Shown here in pieces: positions 12,066-25,702 of a DNA stretch of 64,000 nt. The notes below the pieces were generated by a model. It searched no databases. It had not been told where the DNA came from and was given only the letters and a program-made list of their open reading frames with translations. Each line of letters starts with the position of its first letter. The first letter of the stretch is position 1. The stretch is from Vicugna vicugna (Eukaryota), in contig MU058669.1 of NCBI GenBank assembly GCA_013265495.1, forward strand, positions 124,001 to 188,000. The letters run 5' to 3'. A program made the translations under genes and the position numbers.

Positions 12066-12719
12066 ACAATTTTAAAAATGTCAGTTCCATTAGTGAATTA
12101 TTTCATGTTTCACAGCAATATTGCTTCCCTCTGTTAACTTGTCACTCTAGGGACCTTGGATAATGAATATTCAAATAACAGAGAACTCCCTATATACTTA
12201 TTCAATATATAGCATACTTTTACATATTAAGTATATACTTGTTAAGTATACACAGAAGAAACTGAACACTCGTGTATCTAAAAATGCATCCACAATAGCA
12301 ACCGTGGTGGGTAATGGTTTCTCTTTCCAGGTAACAGCACTAGTTCTGAGAGCTAAGTTCCGTGCTTGCTGCCAGTGAGATAAATCACTTCGACATGTCC
12401 CAGGAGATGGAGCCTGAAGTCAGTCCAGAAGCTTCTGTGATGGGGAAGAGAATGGCCAAGGACTTGGGGCACCACACAGCATGGTCACCTGTGGCACCCC
12501 TCTGTCTGCTTCCCTGCCTCTGCTCTCCACACCGGCAGAGAACTTTCTCCCTGTGACTGGAGTTTGTTGACAAGGAGGCACCTGGGAGAATGAACAGGCA
12601 CTAATGACAACAGCCATCACTTACCAAGTACCTCAAGTGTGTCAGGTGCTCTGCTGATATCATTTCTAATCTTTGCAGAAGTCTTGTGAGGTAGGAAATG
12701 GTTGTATCATTTGGAATTT

Positions 12720-13690
12720 TCTGATTAAAAATGACAGAAAAACCAATCAGGACTAATTTAAGCAAATCAAAGAAACCTATCAGCTATTGCTGTATAATAA
12801 ACTGCCCCTAAACGCTATGCTTAAAATAATTATGAATTGCTCAGGAGCCTACAGGTCACCTGCGTGGGTCTTCCGGTCCCGCTGGGCTCAACTTCGGTTG
12901 TCAGCTCTGCTGATCTTGGTGGGGCTCTCATGAATTTCTAGCTAGTTTAGGCCGGGACAACAGGCTCTCCTCCACGTGTCTCGTCATCCAGCAGGCTAGC
13001 CCCGGGTTGTTTACAGGTCCGAGAGAGTGAGTGTAAGTGCACAAGACCCACTGAGACCAAGGCTTGGAACTGGCCCACCGTCACTTCTGCCGTGTTCTAT
13101 TAGCCGAAGAAAATCACATGGCTAATCCAGATCCAAAGAGTAGGGGGAAGACTCCACCTCCTGATGGGAAATGACTGCAAAGCCATGTTGTAAGAACATG
13201 GTTACAGAGAAGCGTAGGGAGGTGTGGCCATTTTTGTAACTAATCTTGCACAAAGTATGCATTGGTACTGTAAAGCCAAAAGAGGTTGGCTGTAGGCACA
13301 GCTTAATGTAGGCACTCAAATAATATTGCTCTCTCCTGGTCTGGGTCTGTCTAGGGGTTGCTCCATTCTCAGATATACTTTTCCTTCATGACAGCAAAAT
13401 AACAAAAGTGACTCCGTGTTGCAAGTCGTCGCACCTGCTGAAAAGAGACAGCATCTGTCCCTCACAGCTGGACTCTCATAGGCTGAAGGTGGGTCACATG
13501 TATATCCCTGAACCAATCACTGGAGGGAGGGGTGAAGGAAGTGCGGGTAGCTGAGTCCCTGAGCAGAGGACAGGATTACCTCCAAACCATATGAGTTGAG
13601 GATGGAAAAAAAAGTGACTCCCTGTGGGAAACTGGGGTACCAGGTGGACAGTGGAAGGCTGCGGGGCAGCAAAGAGCCCAGCTGTGCTCT
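12720..13690 (-). mobile_element. Nested MaLR LTRs (MLT1-type; ~12778-13250 inside an older MLT1)
   Basis: cacttctgccgtgttctattagcc...actccacctcctgatggga and gggtcacatg...cctgaaccaatcactg MLT1 motifs. Confidence 0.7.
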
Positions 13691-15319
13691 GCGTTCATGA
13701 CTTCCGTTTTACGGAGACGAAAAGGGACGCTCAGAGAGGTTAAGTGTCTGGAGGGAGGTGATCCAATGTCAGAACAGGACTGTAATCCATGTCTGCCTCA
13801 CCCCAGAGCCTGAATGCTCTCCCAAAGCTGCTTCTCAATCCAGAGGGAAATTCCTTAACCCAGCTGCTGCTAACTCCTCTCTCCAGCTTTGGGTCATCTC
13901 CCTGCCCATCTCAGAAGGCAGCAGCCAGGATGAGGAGGGGGCTAGAGACCACATGGTTCGGGAACTGCTGAAGGCATCGAGTGACTTGGAGAAGACTCAG
14001 GACTGTGGACCGCGCACATCAGAGTTCCTTCCCAGGAGAAGCCCAGGCAGCTGCAAAGAGCTGGGGCCAGTGAACGCAAATCACAGGAGAGAGACACAAG
14101 ATGAACGAATGCACAGTGAGGACCCCTCAGGGTGGAGGGGAATAGAAGCTGAAAGGGGCCAGGATGAGGAAGAGGAAGGAGGGAATGACAGGGAGGGGTG
14201 GGGACAGAAGGAACAAACCGGGTCCACTGGGTACCCCCAATTTAGCCAGATGGTTCCCAGAGCATCTTGTGCATTGGGTCCGTAAGGTCAGCTCAGTGAC
14301 ATGGGATTCTCAGACAGTGACTTAGCCGCGTCAAGGGCAAACCCAGACAGGAAGAGCCATCTCCTGATCCTCTGTCCCGGAGCCAGGAGACACTTCCTAA
14401 ATTCCGGCTTGTATGGCTTCTAGGGGGCCCCAGAGACAAGAGAGCCTAGTGGTGAGGCCTTAGCCTTAGCCTCTGTCAGAGCAGGTTTGAATCCATCCCT
14501 GACACTCCCCAGCTGTGTAATAGCGAACAAGCCGCTTCACTTCTCCGAGCCTCTGGTTTCTCATCTGAGGGTGAGAATAATTCCAGCCTCCCAGGGCTGC
14601 TGTGGGAACCCAACGAGCTGGTGTGTGCCAAGTGCCCAGGCGGAGTGGAGCCCAGCACACAGAAGCCACTGGGCATCTGCTACCCCTCGGGGGTCCTCCC
14701 CACTTCAGGCCCTGCACAGCGCCCCCCACTGACGCAGAAATGGGTTCCAGGTGCCACAGGCAGGAAACCGAGGGGCCCTGAGGGGGCCCCCTCCCCCACC
14801 CCTCCCCCATCCCGCCTCTGTGTTCTCCCCCTGGCCTCCTGGTGCCCACCGACACACAGATCTCTTTCACCTCCAACTGCAAGAACCCGGCAGCTGATTT
14901 AGGAGTGTGCTCAGGGCCCAGAATGTAAACCGTTTCTCACCAGGAATGTGTAAACAACCCATAAAGCAAAGGATTTGGGGCCTGGTCACGTGGCCCAGCT
15001 GCTCATAAAACCAAAGCATTGATCTCCACTCTCGAGCAAGCCTCTAAGCCACGGGAATGATGGAGGGGCTGCGTCTTGGGAACCTGTAATCTCCCACCAT
15101 ACATCTGAGGGGGTGTGTTTGAAGTCCTAGCATGAGTTATTTACATCATTTTTGCAATGTGTACTGAAAGGGCATTATCCCAAACTCCTGGCAATGGGGC
15201 TTACAGGAACCTGGACACTTAAAAATACAGGAGAGAACAAGGGATCCCTCTGGCAAGTCACTCATGAGCCACAGTTTCTCTGGGCAGCCATGTAATCAAA
15301 GCCAGATCATCAGGCCTAG

Positions 15320-15602
15320 ACTTCCCCAAGCCCGGCTGTGCAAGGACCACCTTCTCAATTTCTGCCGCATCCTAGGACCACCTCATTGATTACTTACTTA
15401 ATGGCACTTACTTTAAATCACTACCTTTTTACTTAGCTTCATTCCAAACAGTATCCATGAAATCACATTTGGTATCTCAGGTTAATTTTTTCCTTTTGTA
15501 CATTAAAATATATTCATAACTGAAAATAACACATATTCACCTGTATCATGTAAAATTGTCCAGCTGTGATACCACCAGTGTACCACAGCTGGGAGAACAC
15601 TG
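15320..15602 (-). mobile_element. hAT-Charlie DNA transposon relic (MER113-like)
   Basis: Terminus taccaccagtgtaccacagctgggagaacactg. Confidence 0.5.
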
Positions 15603-15619
15603 ACCTAGTCAAACACGCT

Positions 15620-16450
15620 CACAGACAAATTGGGAAGCTGAGGCCCACAGAGAAGGGTCTTGCCCAAGGTCACTCAGCTATTTAGAGGTGAACTGGGAGC
15701 AGAAAAGCTTAGTAACACGTTCCCATTTATTGAGCATTTACTATGCACTCAGCACTGCACCAGCCCTTTAGGCATATTTCCTGATTCACATAACAACAAG
15801 ATAGTGTCAGTCATTGTCCCAGTGGTGCAGACGAGGGAGCTGAAGCCCAGAGAGGTTAAGTGCCTTGTCCAAGGTGACACAGCTATTCAGTTGTTCAACC
15901 AGCATTTTAACTCACATCTGCCTGACTTCAAAGGCTGGCTGTTAACCATCCAAGGGAAGGAGGGAAGGGAGAGGGGAAGGAAGGAATGGAGTATTTATTA
16001 AGTGCTAGCAACTCTTGTATCTATTGCTGGATCCTTCTCTGCTCACCCATTCAGTGTCCTTGTCCCATAAAATCTTCACTCTAGCCTAGAATTGCCATGA
16101 AGAATATTGTCCCTCCCTCAAAGCCCTTGGGCAAAGGAATAGGTGTTTAAATCTCAGAGCCCCAGGGATGGACTCAAGTCTGTGGTGAATCCGCAGGCCC
16201 TCAGCAGAGGGCCCTGCAGATCTCGGGCTGTGGGTGCTGTGTGTATGCTTGAGAAGGTTGGGCTTTGGGTCAGGCATGACTAAGATCAAATCCCAGCACC
16301 TCTGCTCCCTAATCCAGTACATCAGGCAAGCCATTCCACCTCCCTGAGCCATCGTGAATGTGATGGGAATAATGTTAGCGCCTATCTCCCCGGATTTTAG
16401 TGAAGGAGAAAGCACTGCTGCGTGTCAAGTGCTTAGCACAGTGCTGGGGA
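15620..16450. mobile_element. MIR cluster (minus ~15620-15940, plus ~16250-16450)
   Basis: gcccagagaggttaagtgccttgtccaaggtgacacagcta; gcttagcacagtgctgg. Confidence 0.75.
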
Positions 16451-19129
16451 CATGACACTTAAAAAGTCTTTAAAAAGAACACAGGGATCTTATTGGGGGA
16501 CAATGAAGCCCATCTCCTCTGGAACCTCAGAGCAGATCTGCACCTGCCACACAGCTTGCAGCTACCACGTAGACCACAGTCAGGGCAGCTGGACCAAGAG
16601 ATGCGGAGACATGGAGAAAAGGAGCACAAAAGATGCACTCGGGATCCAGCTCCACCACCAAGGAGCCCGCATTTTGTACCAGTCACAAGGTCTGGCCAAG
16701 CCTGTTTTCTCAACTGCCAAATGGACATCACCTAGGCCTCAAGTTTAAATGACCATCTTTGCGTTCATAGAATTGACTGAGTCCTTGGCTTGTCAGGGCA
16801 CAAGACACTGCCCATGGTCACTAGAACCAATCGCTAATTTTACAAATTTGGAAACTCTTCATGCATGTATGTGCATGCGTATGGAGTGCTACGTGTACGT
16901 GAGGGATGGTACTCGAGAGTTTGGGGTTCTGATTTTACCTCAGCCATTACAATAGAAGTTGCTGGCCTTGCTAAACCTCAATTTCCCCAGGTGTGAAATG
17001 GGCACAGTCAAGCCTCTTCTTAAAAAAACTGTTTTGAGGTTTTTATGGATGAGGTCTACAGAGCCCTGCACAGATGGTAAAGGCTCAGTTTACAAACTAC
17101 CATTCCTTGTTTCTGAGGAACACATTTTCAGGGCCTGATGTGGGAAATAAAGATCCTAGGAAATGCTTGCCAGGCTCCTGAACCGAAGAAAATAAAAATA
17201 AGGCTGCTATGGAAACATAAATAATTCCAACCCGCAGGATCCAGTAAGGAGGAAGGCAGCTTTTGAGTTGACCCCCTAAGAATGGGAAAGATTTCCTTTT
17301 TTTTAAAAAAAGGAAAGATTTCAAAATACAATTTGCCCCATGGCTATGTGTTCAAATTCCACCTATCCTTCAAAAGTCACCTCCTCCCAAAAGCCTTCCG
17401 GGAACATTCTTCAGTGGAAGCAGCCCCTCCCTCCTCTTTTGAAATCCCATTTCTCTGCCTCAGCTGGGTCCTTATCACCACTACTGTTTGGTATTTACTT
17501 ATTTCTGGGGCTCTTTAAGGAAACTCCCTGAGGGCCCCTCTGGTACCCAGTGGGGACTCAACAACCAAACTGGACTGAATGGATATGTGTGTTCTAATGG
17601 CCAAATCAGGGCACTGAAACAAAAGCTGGATTGAAGGTCCCTGGGGTGGGGTTCCCTGCCTGCGCATGTCCCAGTCCCAGGCTCCTCTGGTGAGGGGCTT
17701 GGGGGTCTGCAATAAAAGAAGATGCATGAGCCTCATCTTCTGCCCCGCCCTGGACCTTCTCCAGACCCCACTTTGCCCTGATGGTCAGAGCATCCCAGGC
17801 TCTCAGCCTCCCTGGGCAAACCCCTAGAACACGTGGTCTTTGGGGTGACAATGAGACCCTACCAGGCAGGCTCTGGTTTTTAGGTGGCTGCTTCCTGGCT
17901 GAGTTACTTGGCAGGGAAAGAGGGTGTGGGCATACTCTGCTGGGCATTTCTTATGTTCCTTCGTTTCATCTCCACAACTCTGTGAAAAAGGTAGTGTCAT
18001 TGCCTAGTCTCCGATGGGGGAGTGAGGGTACTCAAGATTGCCCAGTTAGTAGTAACTAGGGAATCTTCGTTCTACCACCACCCCACAAATCAACTTACTC
18101 CCTGTTTAGGCCATTTTATCTGCTAAGTGTTTCTCAAGCCCACCCTTTTGTCTCCATGCTTGCCGCCAGCCCGCTGGTCCAAGCCACCATCTCTCGTTGC
18201 CAAGTGATCATCCTGCCACCAGTCTGTCCTAAGACTGTAGCCAGCAGCTTGTTTAAAAATCTTTTAAATTTAATTTCTTCAAACATATGCCCACAATACA
18301 CACACACACACACATATAAACATACACATACACATATAATTTATATAAATACCTAAAAATGATCAGAAAAACACTCTATTTAGTCAGCATAGTTTTCATT
18401 CTTTTCTTTTCTGTTTGGCTCCTGTTTTTCAATCTCCTCCCCTTAACATAGCACCCACGCTCCATGCCAACAAACTAGCATAATTCCTGTGTTCTTATCT
18501 ACTTATTCAACCCTAAACAGGCTCATTCAATTCTAAGCATTACTTGTATTTACATTTTTATACAGAGTTTGTCACTGTTTTTTTTTAATGGGACCATATG
18601 ATAGTTTTCTGCTCCTTGCCTTCTTTGCCCAACATTACCTCATAGCCATCCTTCCAAGTGTAGCCCTCCAAGCTGGTGTATCTATAATTCATTCTTTTTA
18701 ATGGCTGCCTAATGTTCCACCACACGGGTGTATCAATTTATTCAGTTGTCGCCTTGTGGATAGTCATTTCCCACTTCCAGGTTTTCACCACTAGGGGTGC
18801 TGTTGCAGGAAGTGTTAGGTAGGGTTCTAAGAAGAGTATGGAAGCTGCTGATCCGGTTTGATTGAGCTGGAGGCTCAGTTTCTAGGACCAGAGTCCCAAA
18901 CCACACCATGGAGTAGTAGCCTAAGGAGTTACCAGCTGCGATCTCACCAAGCCTTCCGCTCACCCCACGCCATGCCATGCTGCACCTGGAGTTCCACCTT
19001 GCAGCCCCTTCCTAATCTTTTTTGGCCATTTAATTTGCTCAGTCATTATCTAATCATCACCTTTGCCCATTTTTCTATCGGGATGTTCTCTCCTTTCAAG
19101 CTGCATGCTAGATCTCTTCCAGCGGCTAC

Positions 19130-19512
19130 AACACCCCCCTCCCAGGTCTATGCTCCGCCTTTCTCCATCTGCTCTGTGCCTCTTACTCCATAAGGACTGT
19201 AAGGAGCTCCCAGTCCTCAGCTTTCAGTTGGGTCTGGCCAGTGGGAGGCACAGCTGGAGGTGACCGTGCAGGAGGGAAGAGAGGCTGGGGTATTTATTTC
19301 TCAGCCCTCCCCTCTTCTCTTGCTGGGCACAGGTCCTAGGTAGAAGTGATTCCCTTCTGACACCAGCTCTTGTTCACCTCCCTGGGTATGTTTCCTGAAC
19401 CCTGGCCAAACCTTTGAAAACAGTCCTCCTCCTGTATTGTCCCTTTATTACATCTCCTTAAACTACCCAGTTCTGGTGTGCCACCTACCTCCTGGTGGAC
19501 CCTGATGGATAT
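19130..19512 (+). mobile_element. ERVL LTR (LTR33-like) within minus-strand L1ME fragments (~18250-19880)
   Basis: ttgggtctggccagtgggaggcac...ggggtatttatttc...gtgtgccacctacctcctg. Confidence 0.55.
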
Positions 19513-19914
19513 AAAATAGGAACCCTTTCTCTGTTGCCAGTGTTACAGTTGCTTTTCAAGTTCTACTTTTTTTTCTTGCCCAGTGATTTTATTTTTTGTA
19601 TCTTTTGCCATACAAAAGATTATATATATATTTATACATATTATTTATGTATATAATATTACATTATATATAAAACAATATTCTACTTTATGGTTATATC
19701 ACATTTTATTCATTTATCATTGAGGAACATTTGGCTTGTATAGATTTTACATATATTGTATAATCATATATATCATATATATCATGTACGTTAAACATAT
19801 ATGATATATATGACATACATATACAGTCAAATTTAATTTTAAAATAAAATCACTTTTCTTTTATAGCGTCTTGATTTTCAGCCTTGAAAGGTGAGGTCTT
19901 CCCTGCCTTTACAT

Positions 19915-20640
19915 CGGAAGTTGGCAAAAATTTTTCTGTGAAAGGCCAAGTAGTATCTATTTCCGATTTTGTGGGGTGTATAGACTCTGTTGCAACTACT
20001 CGATGCTGCCATTGTACCAAAAAATGCAACCACAGACAATATATCCAGTGAAACACCGTTTACAAAGACGGGCAGCAGCAATTCCGCTCCTAGGTATCTG
20101 CCCAAGAGGATTGAAAGCGTAGGTCGGCCAAAAACCTGTACCTGGATGTTCACAGCAGCACTAGTCAAAATAGCCAAAAGGTGGAAACAACCCAACTGTT
20201 CATCAACAGATGAACAGATAAATAGCCAAAGAAAGGAAGCATATTCCTCTGCAAAAATCCTGATCCATGCTGCAACATGGGTGAACCTTGGAAACATTAT
20301 GCTAAGTGAAAGAAGTCAGACACAAAAGGTCACATATCATATGATTCCATTTCTATCAAATATCCAGAATAGTCATATTCCCAGAATAGGAGGTGGGGGG
20401 TTGACAGCTCATGAGTATGGAGTTTCTTTTTGAGGTTATGAAAATGTTCTAAAATTGACTCTTGTGATGGTTGCACATATCTATGAACATACTAAAACCC
20501 ACTGAATTGTGCACTTCAAATGAATGGATTTTATGGTATGTGAATTATATCTCAATAAAGCTGTTATTAAAACAAAAATAAAAGTCAAAGGCAGCCAGGT
20601 GGGTTTGGTCCATGGGCAGCAGTTAGCTGACCCCTGCTCT
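19915..20640 (+). mobile_element. MER58A-like hAT element interrupted by an L1MB 3' end (~20077-20590)
   Basis: ttggcaaa...ctctgttgcaactactc...gccattgta, then the L1 3' end with AATAAA, then agttagctgacccctg. GGCAGC at both junctions. Confidence 0.8.
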
Positions 20641-21019
20641 ACTTTACATACGCCATCTCCTTGAACCTCTTACAATATTTTGTATTATTTTAATTCTTAC
20701 ATTAAATTTTTGATCCACCTGAAATTCAGTATTTGATGTGTAAGATGGGGTTCATTTTTATTTATTCCAGTGGCTACATTATTGGGCCTGCACCATTTGT
20801 GAAATAAAGCATCCCTTTTTCTACTGATATGAGGCACCACTTTTGTCAAATATTAACACCTATATCCTGGGGTCTAATTCTGGATTATTTATCATGTTCC
20901 ATGGATCTATTTGTCCAGGCCTTTCCCAATGCCAGCGTGAGCTGATTTTAGTGACTTTATTGCATGTTCTGGTTTCTGTAAAGGAAGTCCCCCCTCCTGT
21001 TCTTTTCTTCCCCACTTGA

Positions 21020-21530
21020 GTTGCAGCCAGTGAGCTTATCAAAATGGATATCACTCGCTGCTTAAAAGCCTTTAATGGATTTCCACTGCTCTTACAATTA
21101 TAGCCCAAATCCTAGCTAGCCCTTGAGAGCTGCATGCTTGGCACTGCCTAGCTCTTCCACTTCACTTGGGACTCTGTGCCTCAGCCATGCTAAAGTTACT
21201 TAAGTGCGCCTGCTCTCTCCTGCCCCAGGGCCTTTGCACTGGATGTTTCCACTGCCTGGAATGCTTTTCCATCCCCTTTGTCGAGTAAACTCCTACTCTT
21301 CTTTAACCTCCATTTGATCATCATTTCGGGTCAGCCTATGTTGAGCTTCCTGACCAGAACAAATCTCCCCCTCCACATCATGGACCTATGCCATGCTTTA
21401 ATATTACATTTATTTATAAAATTTGTGGACTAACTTCTGCCTTCTCCAGCTTCTCTTTGCCTTCCTAGTATTTAGCACTGTGTCCCAAACATAGTACTCA
21501 AAAGAAAAAAAATGTTGAAGGTGTGAATTA
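21020..21530 (+). mobile_element. L2 fragment
   Basis: cagggcctttgcactggatgtttccactgcctggaatgct. Confidence 0.7.
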
Positions 21531-22989
21531 ACAGGTAGAGGCTGAACTCGGGCACCGCCCTGCCTGGCTCTGAAACCTACCTTCTCCCCTTCCTCGTGCT
21601 GTGCACTGCCTTGAAGCAAGCCTGGGACTGGACATCAGGAGACCTGGGTTCTAGACTCGCTCTGCCTCCAGTGGAGGCAATGCACTAAACCTCTCTGCAA
21701 AGTGCTTTCCTAGTCCTTGCCTTTCTCTGTCTTGAAATCCTCACAGCCACCTTGGGAGGCAAGCAGTGTGGGGCTAAATTCCCCCGTGATGGTACAGTTG
21801 AGAAATCTGAAGTCGAGGGTGAGGCGACTCGCCCAGTGTCACACAGTCAGTTAGAGGCTGAGCCAAGAGCCCTGCTCTCTGTTCATCTGGAAAGAGCCTT
21901 TCCTGAGTTGGGCCTCCGTTTCCCTGTTTGTAAGATGATGACAAGGGGTCTGGACTGAATGGCATCAACGTTGTCACATCTCAAGCACTCAAGGTATTGC
22001 TCTGTCTGAGCTCCACCTGTATTATTATTGACTGGAAATTTTTATTCAAAGTTTTTTTTTAACGTAATTACCTTTATCTTTAAATGTACTGTTTTTTTTG
22101 AAAAAAATTGCTAAAAATAAAAATTTTTATGACATCAGCCATTCCATTATAATCACTGGTGGCATTTTATCTAAGACATGCATCAGTAAATGTGCATCGA
22201 TTCGAGTCAGAATGGCTCATCTGGGAGCTACTGACAATCCTCTCATACCTCTAGCAGTGAAGGTTCTTTGCCTTGGGAAACCGGGGTCTGGGGGCTGGTT
22301 GAGAACAGCACTCCTCTACGAAGCTTTAATGTATTCAATCCAGCAATAAATGTCTGCTTAGGGCCATGCTGTGCAGAGCACCAGGCCAGGTCCTGCCGTA
22401 TCAAGGTGGGCCTCAGGGAGGTGGTGGGGGGTACAGCTGGGTGCTGCCTGGCCGCAGGTCCGTGTGGGAACCTGCCATGTGTGTCCATCCATGCGAGTGT
22501 TCGTGTGTTTCTGGGCACACACCCACAACAGTCCCTCCTCCCTGGGCTTCCAGCACAGCTCTTCCTTCCAGGCCTGGTCTGGGGTCAGCCCGTGTGACGG
22601 CCAGGCGGGGTCTGCTTTCTCTCAGGGCCAGAGCTGTGGAGTGAGAGAGACAAGGGGGGCCACCAAGGCAGGCAACCTGGCCCTGCCAGATTTCCTGGGG
22701 GCCAGTAAGCAAAGCGGGCCCCTTGGGAGTCCTCACTGGGGACCATGTCACCCTGGGACCTAGAATTCTGGAATGTTCCTAGTTTCACCCTCTCATCCTA
22801 CTAATGGGCCCTGGACGGGGAGAAGAGCTGCCAGAGATACTGAGCATGAGCAGGGCCAGGCCTCGGGGTTGTCTCTGCCCTGCTGCGGCTTCTGCACACA
22901 CTCCCAGGGAGTCAGCCAAGCGCTGTTCATGGCAAAGCCGACTTGAGGAGAAAACCAGTATTTCAAAATCATTCAGAGAAAAGCTCATG

Positions 22990-24030
22990 TGTATTAAGCA
23001 CTCTCTTCACTGGATGTCAGGCACTGTTTTAAGCACTTTAAACACATTAACACATTTAGCCCTCAAACAACTCTAAGAGGAAGATATGACATTATTATCC
23101 CATTTTCCTGATGACGGAAGCAAGGCACAGAGAGGTTCACTGACTTGACCAGGGTCACACAGCTGGTGAGTTGGCTTCGTGGCCAACCTTCCTTGCCTCT
23201 ACATTAAGCAGAGAAAGTGTTGAGGCCTGTGGACAGAAAGATGCCTTCATTCGTCCGACACTAAGTTGAGAATCACTGTAGCCCTTCTGCCATTCCATGG
23301 CACGTTCTTGAAGCCTAACCCTACCAGCATCACTTCCCAGTTGAGGAGACCAAATTCCAGGAGGCAGAGTTATGCACGAGCTCAAGATCACACAGCTGTC
23401 CCCGGGTCCCCTCACCACTTGCCATCATTATGCTGAATGCTTTCTCTGATTTGCTTCATCTAATCCTCACAACAACCCTATAAGTAGGAAGTACCATTCT
23501 CCCCATTTTATGGATGAGGCAATGGAGGTTCAGAGTGGTTAAGTAACTTGCCCAAGGGCAAACAGCTAGTAAGTGGCCGAGGCAGCACTTGAACCCAGGT
23601 CTTTCTGATCTGAAGCCTGTGACCTTAACTACCAGGTTCTCCTGCCTCCCGTGTCCCTGCATCTCATAACCACACGTAAGGAGGGCAAGGCACAGATGCT
23701 GCCCCATCTTACAGAGGAGGACACAGACGCAGCTGGCCTGGGAGCACGCAGCAAGTGAACAGGGGAGCTGGGACTCAGAACTCCAGGTCCATGTGACTCC
23801 CTGGCCAGTGTCCTTCCCTTTGTTCCCTCAGGAACACTCCAGAAAAGGCCCCAGCTTTACATCTGCCTGTTGTCAGCAATGAATGCAATGTTGCCAGAGA
23901 TGCTTTCCAAAGCCATTATCCCACAAGCCCATAAACGTCAAAACATGTCCCATTTTACAGATGGGCAATTAGAGGCCCAGAGAGGGTAAGAGACTTGCCC
24001 AAGGCCTTGAACTAGGGTCCTTGACTGCAA
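22990..24030 (-). mobile_element. Four co-oriented MIR copies (best preserved 23430-23635)
   Basis: aatcctcacaacaaccctataagtagg...aagtaacttgcccaagg...gaacccaggtct. Confidence 0.85.
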
Positions 24031-24737
24031 GTCCAGCGAGCGAGGCTCCAGCTAGCTGGCCTCCTTGCTCTGGCCAGAGACGGGACCATAAGAGCATGGC
24101 CTTTCAGGTTTATTGCCACCCTGAAGTCAAATCCTGCCGCTCAGCTGGAACTTGCAGGAATGATCTCGAAGACAGGAGCTGTTATTGTCCAGATGAGAGG
24201 ATGGGGGCAGGGAAGGGGGCACGCTGACCCTCAAAATTCCCTTGAAGCAGTTTGCTTTCTCTTAGGCAGGACAGGTTTCTGCTGCGTTTGCGTGCGGTTG
24301 GCTGAAACGCCGGCCATGGTAACAGAAAGAGCGCCAAGATCACCTGCTTCTTACAAACCGACGAAGCAAGGCTGCAACAGGCGCAGGTGGAGGCCGTTTC
24401 TCTCTGACGCATGGGAGCTGTTCGTTGATAAGAATTGAGCAACAGAACTTGGAAAATGTTAACATGGGGTCACCCTGCCTGGCTGAAAAGTCCTAAGGGG
24501 CTTCCGTTGGTGAGTCATGGGTCGGGGCAGCAGAACCCTGGATGTTGAAAGGAGAGATGGGCAATCAGAAGACAACAATGACACGCTCATATTTAGGGTG
24601 GCCCATGTTCCCGGCACCATGTGCTTTATAAACAGCAAATAGTTTCGGAGCCCACTGTGTGGTTATGGGTGCCGGAGTCACAGGGCCTGGGTTTGAATCC
24701 CAGTGTCACCACTCCCCCCTGGCTGGCCCTGGGCAGG

Positions 24738-24869
24738 AGGGCTGGACTAGGGCGAGGTGAGGGAGGTGCCCAGGATACAAAATTTAAGGAACTGCAACCC
24801 TGAGACTGAGTGCCCCCTGAATTTTTGCAGCCTGGTTACCTCTCCTGTTTCACCCTAGTGCTGGCCCTG
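24738..24869. mobile_element. Palindromic hAT MITE (MER96-like) inserted in a MIR
   Basis: Inverted arms agggctggactagggcgagg / caccctagtgctggccctg; degenerate 8-bp TSD tgggcagg / tcggcaac. Confidence 0.7.
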
Positions 24870-25083
24870 TCGGCAACTTACTTTTCCTGTCTGAACTCCA
24901 GATCTGTCTGTGTGACAGGCGTGTTAATAACAGTCCCTACCTCGGAGGAGTGAGGAGTGAGAAGAGGCAGAGAAAGTGCTCAGCCCGGAACTGCCGGTCG
25001 GTCAGCACTGAGAACGCCAGCCAGTGTTCCTGCGCAGGGCTGGGAGCTGTGCTGTGTGCTGGGCTTACAGCGGTGAGTGAGGC

Positions 25084-25436
25084 TGTCATGGACTGAATAT
25101 GTTGCCCCCAAATTCACATGTTGAAATCCTGATCCCCAACGTGATGGCATGAGAAGGTGGGGCCTTTGGGAGGTGATTAGGTCCTGAAGGTGGAGCCTTC
25201 ATGAACAGGACCGGGCCCTTGTAAAGAGACTTCAGAGAGACACATCACGTGAGGATAGAGTGAGAAGTCGGCAGCCTGCAACCTACAACCAGGAAGAAGT
25301 TTCTCACCAGAGCCCAAACCTGCTGGCACCTGATCTCGAACTTCTGGCCTCCAGAACTGTGAGAAATAAATTTCTGTTGCTTATAAACCATGCAGCACTT
25401 TGGCACTTGGTTTCAGCAGCCTGAATGGACTAAGCA
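25084..25436 (+). mobile_element. MaLR solo LTR (MLT1A-like)
   Basis: TG...CA ends; ggtggggcctttgggaggtgattagg; cctccagaactgtgagaaataaatttctgttg. Confidence 0.9.
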
Positions 25437-25586
25437 GCACATCCCACCCCTGACCTCATGGTGCTTACAGAAGAGCCAGGAAGACATGAGAGAGAGACTG
25501 TGATAAGAGGTGGAGGGGGAGGAGGAGGAAGCCAGGGAAAACATCTCAGTAAGACGAGAAGTAGGATGAGAAAAGGAAAAATCCAA

Positions 25587-25702
25587 GGGGGTGGTTATAG
25601 CTCAGTGGTGGGAAGCATGCATGAGGTCTCGAGTTCACCTCCTTTAAAAACAAAAACAAAAACAAAAACAAAAACAAAAAGAAAAACAAAAACCCCTTCC
25701 CC
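25587..25702 (+). mobile_element. Degenerate tRNA-derived SINE with (AAAAAC)n tail
   Basis: gggggtggttatagctcagtgg A box followed by an A-rich repeat. Confidence 0.7.

Noticed and set aside
13758..14285. 175-aa ORF with an acidic stretch
   Set aside because: Non-ATG start inside a MIR, purine-rich low complexity, no recognisable domain or exon structure.
19620..19825. TA-rich stretch as a functional element
   Set aside because: Simple low-complexity decay within an old L1 relic.
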